Assembly: GCF_006345805.1 (NCBI RefSeq)
Contig: NC_043002.1
Span: 19,530,001-19,594,000 of the forward strand
DNA from: Octopus sinensis
Lineage: Eukaryota
DNA length: 64,000 nt
Reading direction: 5' to 3'
How positions within the stretch are numbered: position 1 is the stretch's first letter; each line of letters begins with the position of its first letter. Below are positions 40,001 to 51,757 of this stretch, piece by piece. The translations under genes and the position numbers were made by a program. The notes beneath the pieces are model-generated. The model ran no database searches. It was not told the DNA's origin and saw nothing but the letters and a program-made list of their open reading frames with translations.

Positions 40001-43000
40001 TGCTTCAGACTTATTGATCACAAGTGAAACATGGAAGTTGTCTCCAGTTCTTTGACAGCTGTTTTATCTCTAGAACTTCACAATAGCATATTGAGTGTCC
40101 AGCTCACAATATAAAAGTAAGGGGTAAGTAGGCTCCAAATAAACCAAGTTTGTAACTCCAATTCAGTTCTCAGTAAGAGCTGTTCTTGGTAAAACTAGAA
40201 AGTGGGCTCTTCTGGCACTAAACAACAAATGCAACAACTCAAAGCTGTTTGAGCTGAGGTAATTGTCACATAGCCACTCAATCTGCTAGAAATAGCTGCC
40301 AGTTTCCTCAAACTATACCTTACAATCCTTGAAAATGGAAGGTCACATAAGATAAGTCTTAGATACACAGTATATAAATATACGACAGGATTACCATAGC
40401 TATGATCAATGATCAATGCCTTTGATCAAAGGTAGTCCTAGATACACAGTATATAAATATATGACAAGGCTACCATAGCTGGAATGCCTTGGATCATAGG
40501 TCTGCTCTTTCACAATTAAGCTAGAACTAAATAACAAACAATATTGTGGAGCTGGCCAGCAATTTTGTCATGGACATAGCACAAACATGTGTTTAATCTA
40601 AACATATATGATTAAATAAACTCATATAAAGTTCTTTTTAATATATTTGAGATACATCAGAGGTGGTCAGTTTTCCTAGTTTTGTAATTGTTGTTGTTGG
40701 AATGGTAAAGATGGTGCAGATTAGTTGGAAGTAGATGAGATGTTTTGTGAGTTGAATGTCTCACAATTCTCTGCCCAAGTCCCACCAGGGCCTACTTTAT
40801 TCATCATTATTCTTTGATTTCAGATAGTTGAGATAATCTTCTTATTTCCTCACACTCTTTATAAAAGATATCTATTGCTTAGTCAAAAGAAATTTCTAAT
40901 ACACTTGTCGTAAATTATTTATAGTGTATGGCTCTGGGATATTTTTCTTCCTTTAGTGAAGTGTCTATAGTTTTTGTGAAATTATGTAAAATTTAGTTCC
41001 GTGTTTCTTTTGTTATTTTTAATTTTTTTAAAGTTCTATATTATTCCCATATCAGCTGTATTTTTTGACCAAAACAACATAGATTATATGGGGTTTTACT
41101 TGTACTCTAAATATATGATTCATCACAGATATTTGATGCCTCTTAAAATATGCAAAGTATCAAAGAAATATATGATGTATCATAAAAATGTGTATGTTAT
41201 CATTAAAACATAATTCATCAGATAAATCAGTGATTCGTCATAAAAATGCGATTAATAATAATTCAGTCTTAAAAATTATGACCAAGTCATGCACTTTTAC
41301 GGTGATCACCATCATTAAAATCTATGATTCATTATAATAATGAGATTCATTCATAAAAATGTACAATTTGTTTTTAAAAATATGATTCATTCATAAAAAT
41401 GTGTCATTCATTCATAAAAAGTTGTGATTCATTAGAAATATTCAACAGATCATAGATATCTCATGCATTGTGAATATAATTCAGCCTATGAGCTCTCTTA
41501 TTAAATATATGAATTTTAAAATTTATCCTTATTTTGTGCTATTTACCAAATATATCTATTTTACTTGAATAAGAATTAGTTGATGCCACTTTGATGTATA
41601 GTACCCTTTAAATCAGAGCACATGTTCTAGTCTTCAGTTTTTACATAGTTAGATATGTTGTTGTTTCACTTAAGTTTGTGTTATCTTCTTTTTTTTTTTT
41701 GCTCCCTCCTAGAAACTCTCTGGATGTGATAAAATGAGTGCCAGTCAAACAGTTAAACAGAATAAACCCTTTTGCCTAAATTTTAGTCCCAAGCCACTCC
41801 TAAGCTTCAATACCTATATCATTGTTTTTATTTTTGCTGTTCTTTATGAGTGTTTATATAGACTGGTTCATATAGCTGTCATTGTTTCACATCCCAGTGG
41901 CCAACTCACTGCAAGCTCATGAAACTAGCATCCAGTTATAGAATGTTTCTATTACTTATAACACTGAATTCTAGCTAGCTGTGGAACTCTTTATCTAGAA
42001 TTGGGGTCCCTAAACGTTTTAGACTATTGACCCCTCATCAACCCCCAGGCATGTGCAAGAAAATAAATAAATAATAATTAAGCAGATGAATAATCCCATC
42101 AACAGTTACCCTCCCATCCTAGACATCGATATCGACCACTTTGGAAACCCCTGATCTAGAAAGAGGTTATTTAGGTACATTGATCTAATAATCCTGGATG
42201 ATTTTTTTGTTAAGCAATATATATTGTGTGTTTGTGTGTGTGTGTGCATGTATTGTGTAAGGAAGAATCTTGTTCTATATTTAAGAGATGAGGAATTATG
42301 TACACTATTTACATTATTTACATTTGATGGATATTTGTCCTCATCTTGTATATTGTTAACACGTTTCAGCTGATATATCCTCCAGCCTTCGTCAGGTGTC
42401 TTGGGGACATTTCAAACCTAGATTCTCCTTCCTAAGGAATTTTTTGAGGAGGTGGTGGTGGTTGTTGTTGTTGTTGTTGTCGGCAGCGGCAGAGGCGTTA
42501 TTGTTGTGCCAGTGGGCATATGGCATAGTGGTTAAGAGCACAGGCTACTAACCCCAAGATTCCGAGTTCGATTCCAAGCAGTGACCTGAATAATAATAAT
42601 AACAACAACAACAACAACATCAAAAAATTCCTTAGGAATGAGAACCCAGGTTCGAAATTTCCCCAAGACACCTGATGAAGGTTGGAGGGTATATCAGCTG
42701 AAATGTTGTGTTAACAATAAACAAGATGAGGACAAATATCCGTCAAATGTAAATAATGTAGGAAGAATCTTGTTTAGTTATTATGACCACATAATTTATT
42801 AAGTTAAAATCCTACAAGTGTTGAATTCCTTTCCATCCTTCCAAGGTTGATGAAATAAGTACCAGTTCTATACTCAAGTCAATTTAATCTATTATTCTTT
42901 TTCTTTGTTTCACTGAAGTTTATAATGGTAAACAAATTTTCAAAAAGGAATGTGGCAGTTTAGTAAATCTCTTTCAAATAGCACTTAGCATTTTAATGGC

Positions 43001-46000
43001 AAATATTTTGCAAGGGAATACTGTGTCACTACAGACGGACTTTGGATAATATAGTTTAAGGTATACTGTCTAAAGTAAAGAGGGATTTGGATCAATGATA
43101 ACTAATATCGATTTTATCTACACTTAGGATTTAAAATTGAATTATAAAAAGAAAAAACAATATTGCATATTGTTAAGGTGGTATGATGGCTAAAATTGTA
43201 AGCTAAATGCATTATAGTACATTCTGAGTTCAATGCATTATAGTACATTCGCTGTGTTGCCTATGTCTTCCATTCATCCTAGATCAATAAAATATGTATC
43301 TGGTATATAATGGGCATAATTCAGTAACTTTCTTCCCAATCTCCGCAAAACCTTATTTTGTAGTTTGTCAGAAAACACCAAAGCATGTTACAGAAGAGTG
43401 ACATGCCAAGTGGTTGACATGATTAATATTATTTAGTTGACTCTCTGTTGTATTGTTGCTATGACTACAATATTGTTGTGGAAGTACTATGTGGTAATGC
43501 CGATATGTTTCTATGATATTATTTATCTAGGAAAATCTATATAGCATTGTTGCTATAAAGGTCTTCCTAAATGAGAAACTATAACATATGTATGAGTTCA
43601 CACTTTAACAAGTAAATATGAAATAGAAATATGTATGACAGTGTTGTTATTAGTACAGACCATGTGGCATTGCTCTGTTTGTTGTTCTTTTTAGTTTCTA
43701 ATATGTAAAATTTGTTGTTAATTGTCATTTCTTTTCTTTGACTTGTTTATCCTAATCAAGTTGTCTCATAGAGTGCAATTTAAAGATGTAAGAAGAACAG
43801 TTTGAGATAAAGTTAGACATGAACTAGACATAATATTTACTAAAACAGTTAATCCTTTCAAAAAAACCATGTGTCTATTTGACCAGTACTTAAATCTTGA
43901 TTCTTATGGATGAGTGAGCAACCTTCATCAGGGAAGAACTCTAGTCTGTCACATGTTAACTTTCCTTGTTGTACTTATCTTTGATAATGAACTAAACTGA
44001 GCTGAAGTAAAGTAGTTGCTTTGTTTTGAGATACAAATTTTGACTCATAATCTATTAGCTGATAGTTTCATCAGTCTTAGCTACTCAGCCACTCCACCAT
44101 TACTTTTGGGAAAACAAAATAAAGACCAGCTAGTTAACCCTTTCATTACTGTATTTATTTTGAGATGCTCTGTGTTTCTTTCAATTAATTTTAAATATAA
44201 CAAAGACTTTAGTAAAAGAACTTAGTTATCATTAAGCTAGTTTTAGGAACATAGATTGTCACTAAGGTTTGGTGGAAGATTTTAATTCAATACTTATGAA
44301 AACAAGACATCTGTACTACAGAGCCAGAGGCGGTTTCAGGCGGGTTGGTATCAAAAGGGTTAAATAGGCATTAGTTCATTTCCCATTGCAGACATCACAT
44401 TATGTCTCTGAGCAAGACACTTAAATATACATAATCTCATTTACTAAGTTATCAGAAATAGGTACTGAGTTTTTTTTAGAGTAATACAAGAAAGGTTAGC
44501 ATTCTAACCAAGAGGAGATAGATCTATCTATCATCCACTTCATGCTTTAGCAAGTAGAATTAAGCACTGGTCTAATTGACTATTGTGATTCATGAAAATG
44601 TTAACTTTATTTACCTGGTGATTGATTAAGATAATTTTACTAAATGTGTCTTACTCTATGCCTGCTTGCTTACTAATCTGAAACATTCTTTCCTGTTCTT
44701 ACTGCTTCTAATGAACAGTTAACATCCACCATCCACAAAACTAATTGCATAAATGGATTATTAAATTTCAAGGAGCCAAGTATACCAGTTGTCAAATAAA
44801 AAAAAAACCTCATCAGCATCATCATTTAGCGTCTGAAAATATATTTTTCAAATACTATGAAATTTTGTCCCTTCCAAATTATTGCTTGTTTTATGTATAA
44901 CATATATGACAGTAACTCTCTTGCTGTTTTTCTCCCATTTTATTTTTAGTTGTTACCATATATTTCCTTTTTTATTTTTTATTTATTTATCTATTTATTT
45001 TTTTTTTTTTGTGAAATTGATTAGAGAATGGGAAAATAAACACTGAAACAACAATGGTAACAGGATAACTAATGTGAATCAGCATTTTTGAATGAATAGA
45101 CAAATTATATTACATGTATTCAGTTCTCTTTCACACATTTGTACATCCAAATGCGGACACACACACTCACATATATCAGCAGTATCTAGTTTCCCATTCT
45201 TGCAAGAAGTCAAATGAAATTCATTAAGGCAGATTTTGCATAGCCTGATTTGTTTTTTCCTGTCATCAATCTTCTCTTGTTTTCATGTTAGATAATATTT
45301 TCACTAGTCCTTCAACCATGGGCAGCAGAGTGGTTGGACTGGATTTCACAGAGGATTGTAAATGAATGACATAGCTTGTATGATGGTAACATTTATTTAC
45401 AATTAGTGTTTCCTTGTCAAGGCAAGCAGAACACTCAGCATATGTCAATGGTATGCTGTTACTCTGCGAACAAGAAATCTCTAAATGGTTGCTAAACTCG
45501 CTAAAAATAGCAACCAATTTCCCACAAATCATGCCTTACCATCTTAAATAAAGCAGAGTACAATAGACAGCATGGTCTTTCATATATGAAAAGACAAGAG
45601 AGCCACTACTGGAACACCTTTGATCATAGATCTATTTGATTTGGGATTATCTGGGTTCAAACAACAACATTTAATTGACATTTTGTGTATTATCTACAAA
45701 TATACTTCTGCTTCATTAAATATGAATATTATAGTGTTTATGTTTGAATTTACCATATGTTCATCTTACTGTGTACCAGAACCAAAAAGACTTCTGTGAC
45801 TCAAGGTATAGACTATAGATCATACAGCTGTCATTGCTTTTGTTATTGTTATTTTTATAACCACTGTTGTATTTGATGTTACCAAAACTACTTGGAATGG
45901 TATATCATAAAATCTTCCCTAGATTTCCCCTGGGTTACACCACATATAATCTCTTGAATTTAGGAAGCATCTTTGCTGAATACACTATATACATTTCTAT

Positions 46001-46475
46001 TTAAGGTTCTATTTCAAACACCCGCTTTGTATAATATGATGTTCTACAAGGATCTACTTTCTCGCCTACACTCATCTTCCCGACGAGTGTCCAGTTAAAC
46101 CTCCCATTATGGCTAAAGCATTTTCCTTGCTATTTTGTTATTGCATCTGCCATGCAGTCACTAACTAAGCTGTTTATTATCAGCGCATTATAGTACATTA
46201 TGAGTTTAAATGAGGCTGTGGAGTGGATGAAACACAGTGAGGTGCATTTCCGTTGTACCATAAAAAAATAATAAGGTACTGAGAAACTGAATTCCTTTCC
46301 AGTCTTACATTTCTGTCTCTCTTTCTCTCTGTGTTTGAGTTACTCTTTTAACTCAATACTAACTACTTGTTTTGGAGGAGTAAGTGCTTCTATAACTCAT
46401 TGGTTGGTACTCTTTTCTAGCTAACTCCCATTTTCTCTTTTTCTTTTTCCATATACTTGTGTGTGTGCACATGAG

Positions 46476-46512
<37 letters not shown>

Positions 46513-47557
46513 CTTTGTGTTTCTAACTTTCAGTCTGCATTTCTCTTCAACGAGCCTCTTGTCTCTAGATCAGGTGTCGGCCACTTTTTTTGTTATGGCT
46601 CAGTTTTGATTTTCTTTTTAACATTCTTCCATGAACTACATGCAAATTATATCATATCTTGAATATAAAAAAATCTTTGTGTAGCCCTCATTTCATCAAT
46701 AGCAATGCTTCTTATGTAAATAAAAATTAAACTAATCACAATGCAGAAGACCATCAGAAAATGCTATCAACTGCTCACCGGTTCACAAATACATTAAATT
46801 TTGAACAATGTTTGCAAAAGGCCTAATGTCCACAGAGTACATCACAATGGTTCACTTTTGGGCTATGGCCCACCTCTTGCCAACCCCTATTCTAGACCGA
46901 TGCAAACTCTGTTATTCGCCCGTCACATGAAACCATCACAAAATTCATACTGTAACTTCACTTTCATATCTAATTGGCTGTGACAGATTGATAGCTTCAT
47001 TCATATCTCAAAAATATGTTATTTTTTATCCTTATTGTTTCAACATCAATCAGTTATATTCACTTGATATTATTTCATGGTTCTCTTTGTGTATAATTTT
47101 TTTGTTATCTGTTTCATATTGCGACTAATATAACATATATTGATATATTATATTTCCTTTGATTTAGAATTAACTCTATTGGACCTGCTTGCTACCCACC
47201 TGAAGATGGCAGCTCACTTGGTATGTGATATCTCTATTACTCATACAAACACACATGCATATATATATATATGATGTTTGCTTTTGATGTTCTCCTTTGT
47301 AAAATGAATAAATAATGTAACATTGTAATATCCGTAAGTTGATGTACAAGCTGAATTTGTTTCTCCATTTTCTTATTTGTATTATAAATTTACAGTAAAA
47401 TATTTTTTTACCTTCACCCATTTAATACAATAAATGAATTAATTGCATTGCAATTAAAAACATTTGTGGATTAAGAATTTGGGTACTTTACCAACAGTAT
47501 ATTGGATAACTGATATCACATAGTGAGTTACATTCATAGCCCCTGTCTTACTTTGTG

Positions 47558-47601
<44 letters not shown>

Positions 47602-47929
47602 AATAATTACAATTCAGTTGAATTAGGTACTTAAGTTGAGGCACCAAGTCAGTCCGGTGTTATCTGCCCAGCTTGAAGTAAGGTGAATAAAAAGCAAATA
47701 AGTAACAAGGATGTCAAGATTATAGTGCATTACAGCCATTTCAGGTGGCTCCATTTAATCGAACAATGCAAGCATTACATCAATTTGAAATACACCACCA
47801 TCTTCGGATACATGCATCTGAAGATGGTGGTGTATTTCAAATTGATGTAATGCTTGCATTGTTTGATTAAATGGAGCCACCTGAAACGGTTGTAATGCAC
47901 TATAATCTTGACATCCTTATTACTTATTG

Positions 47930-47981
<52 letters not shown>

Positions 47982-50900
47982 ACTGAAAAGAATTTTGTTG
48001 CATAATATTAATTAATTAATTAAATAGTTAGCCCTCAACATTCTTATCAGATCTTAAAGTTGATGAATCTCTTTGGATTTACAGTTTGAGATTCCCATCT
48101 TCCTTACATGACATTCTGTTAGCCAGGTCTTTTTTGTATGGAGGGCTGCTTGAGGTATTCACTTGGATTTTTTCAAACCGTTTTCTATCACTATAGGATT
48201 GCTCAATACTTTTATGTAGAGTATTATTATTTCATTATATATTATTTTAATATATCTACTCTAGGATTTTAATGAACCTAGACAGATATTTTGTGTTAAA
48301 AGTGTGGTATTTCACTGATGAATAGCTGTACATAAAAAACTGAATAGTTGTTTTCTACATTGTGTTTTTCCCTTTTTGTTACAGGCTATCTCTAATATCT
48401 TTATATTGTGATTTTCCTTCCTTATTACTAATACCAATTTGAGCTAATGAAGAATTTTCTAGAAACGGCTGCTAAATCTCCTTCATTCCCAATAACACCC
48501 TGCCATCTTAACACTTTTATGACTATATTTCTAATACCTTCAAATCTGATTGGTTATCTTTAGAGGCTATGCATATTTTTTTTTAATGCTTAGAAATTAA
48601 ATTCAATGAAAATATATGAAGTCATAGATACTATCAATAATTCATTCCCTTACAATCTTTGGTCTCTTAGTTAAATCAGTTACTCTTCAGTTACCTGTTA
48701 GTAAATCATCTACATCTCTTTATCTGAAGGATGTCTGGGAAAACCCAGCATGTGGAGACGGTCATTCCGAGGTATGTATTTTCAGTTAGGACTATAGAAC
48801 AAACACTGTAGTACATAGTTTTACAGTTACCTCTGTCTAGCACCTGCTCTAACCAACATAATCCTTTTACTAACACTTTATTTTTTCATGTTCAATCATT
48901 TTTTTTAGACAATCATTAATAGGCAAAACAACTCCAACACCATCAGCTACTTTTCTTTTTTCAGTGGAGATCCTCCATTCCCCAAATAGTCTTTAGCATC
49001 ACTCATAATCTCTGTTCCATTTGACATCCTGTTGATACCAAGCATGTTGTATCTGATGTTCCCAAACCTTTTGGAACAGAGTAGCACAGAATTCTTAAGA
49101 TAAAACACATTATGTCTTCCACCCATATCTAGAGCTTTTTTGCTAAGCACATTGTATCCTTTTGTTTTGAAAACATTTCAAATACCCACCTTGTACGCCC
49201 TAGTATCCTGCAAATATGCACCATCTCAACTACACACTTCCTCTTCATGAGCTATTAGTTACCACTTTATCCCATAGACAAACTCTACAGCTACCCTTTT
49301 TTCGAATCATATTTTGTCTCTCTTCTTGTCAGTTTCATCTTCTGGTATATGTTAAACATCATTATCAGTTTAGACAAAATAACAATTATAACTAGATACC
49401 TGCTTTAACCATCACCTTCATTACTTCATCAAATAATATTTCTTAAACCAAAGCAGAAAATACTTCATATCAAATAAACAAGGGTGTTGTTGACTAAGAT
49501 AATCTTGAACCAGAAAAATGGGCAATGATTTTTAAAAAAGTGCGTTACAGACTTTTGTAAGGTTGTAATTTTTTTTACTATTAACTGCAGTCCATCAAGA
49601 ATGTAATCTTTGCGTGTATAGGGTGACAAGCCCTTAAGGAATTTCACTGAGCGTTTGAAACTCAGTAGCTACACTCAACTCTGTTTAGCCAGCATGCTAA
49701 TGCAGTTGCGCAGGAGATGGTACTGCAGGTGAGAGGTTGTTACCAGATGGAGCCAGTGGCAGATGAGCTGTTCTGAAGTAGGAATAGCTAAAAACCCTAT
49801 TAAAGGTACTGTCTCATTCTGATGCCACATACCTCTTCAACTTTTTCACATAGCCATGTCTGAACCTTATATCATCATCATTATTTTCTCTTCTACTTTT
49901 CCATGCTTGCATGGATTGGACAGAGTTTATTGAGGCAGATTTTCTACAGCCAGCCACCCTTCCTGTCACCATATATATATATATATATATATCAAAGGTA
50001 GAACAGAAAATATACAACAAATGGAAACCATCAAAACACATCATGTGCAAAAAAGGATGGTAGCGGGACAACGGCAAACAGGACAAAACGAGATACAAGG
50101 ATCATTCACAGCCAATTGCCTCTTCAGTTGGAGTCCAGAATGTCCATATAGTTTCACCCACATATCTCCGATACTACTCAAAACCAACTCGACCAGGGAC
50201 TTAAGCTAAAAGCATTAAGCCTCTGGGCAAGGCAAACGAATGTACATATACGAAAACATATAAGTAAACAACAGAAAGGGTCTTTCGACTATCAGACGAG
50301 TGTAGCACAAGGAAAATGGAAATGGAAAAATCTTAACAGACCAGGCGGCAGGACAGAACAGAATAGACGCAACTGATCTCAAAGGTGGCCGGCCGAAAAA
50401 GGACCACAGTGCCTGAACCGGACAGCAATCACGTGGTAGGGGAGGGGAGGAATTGTAGAGGGCAGAAGGACTATAGGTAGATGGATGGATATTATCATCA
50501 TCATCCTCATTTAATGTCTGTTTTCCATTCTGGCATGGGTTGGATGCATTGACAGGAAGTGACTATTCAGAAGACTACGCCAAGCTCTATTGTCTGCTTT
50601 GGCTTGGTTTCTGTGGTTGGATACCCTTTGCTAATGCCAACCATTTTACAGAGTGTACTGGGTACTTTTTATGTGGCATCAGCAGCTGTGAGGTCACCAA
50701 GTAACTTGCAAGACAGACCCCTCATTTGGTGGGGAGAAGTACTGAGGGACAAAAAAAATGTCTGGCATTACAGGAGAAACATAGCTACCTCAAGTAGAAA
50801 AAGGGAGAAGGTGAAGATGTAACAGGGCGATTTTAGGTGTATAAAGTGAAGTGGATCAGACACTGAGGAAGGTGAGCAGGTGGGTCAGTTCACAAGCTTG

Positions 50901-51493
50901 TGAAAGGAGAGCAGGAGCTGATGGAGAGTGAGGAATGTCATGAGTGAGCACAGGTAGAGAAAAGGGGTATTAGAAGGCTATATTGTGGGAAAGTGATTCA
51001 GCAGAGATATATTTTGTGTAGGGAGAACAGAGGGAAGGGACCATGGACATAAGGGACACATCCTCATGACCTGGATTTTACTTAAGTGAGTGGGTCTTCT
51101 CAAGCACAGCAAATTACCAATTGTCTCATTCTTCTGTCATGTCCTCTGTGCAATTTGGCATCTAAATATCATTTCTCACCACTTCATCGTGGGACTTCCT
51201 CTTCCACAGATTCCCTCTACATTCAGAGTTTGGCATTTCTTTATGCAGCTGTCCTCATCCATATGCATCACATGACTCATACCAGTGCAGTCTTCTCTCT
51301 TGCACTCTACAACTGAGACCTCTTATACTCAGTTTTTTCTCAAAACATTTACACTTTGCCATACATGCACACTGACAATGCACATCCAGCATATATATAT
51401 AAAACAAAGTATGTTGTCATTAAGTTTGATATATCTTGTTTATTTCAAAAATGATATATTCCATGCAAAATTAATATGTATCTAAATACCTGG

Positions 51494-51533
<40 letters not shown>

Positions 51534-51723
51534 GTAATACAAAGAATGTTATATCTGCAAATCAACAACCAAGATATATTAAAATAGATATATTTAAGAT
51601 CATGATTTTTGAACATGCTTCATTTGGATCCATCAGGGAGATTATAAGAAATTAACTCATATTGGCTTGTAAATGTAAACTTTAAAACAATGAACAGGGT
51701 ATATCACACACACATTCATATAT

Positions 51724-51757
<34 letters not shown>

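Noticed and set aside
42514-42590. tRNA-like sequence with an ACT anticodon-like loop
   Set aside because: No acceptor stem or terminator; it is a SINE head within a TSD-bounded insertion.
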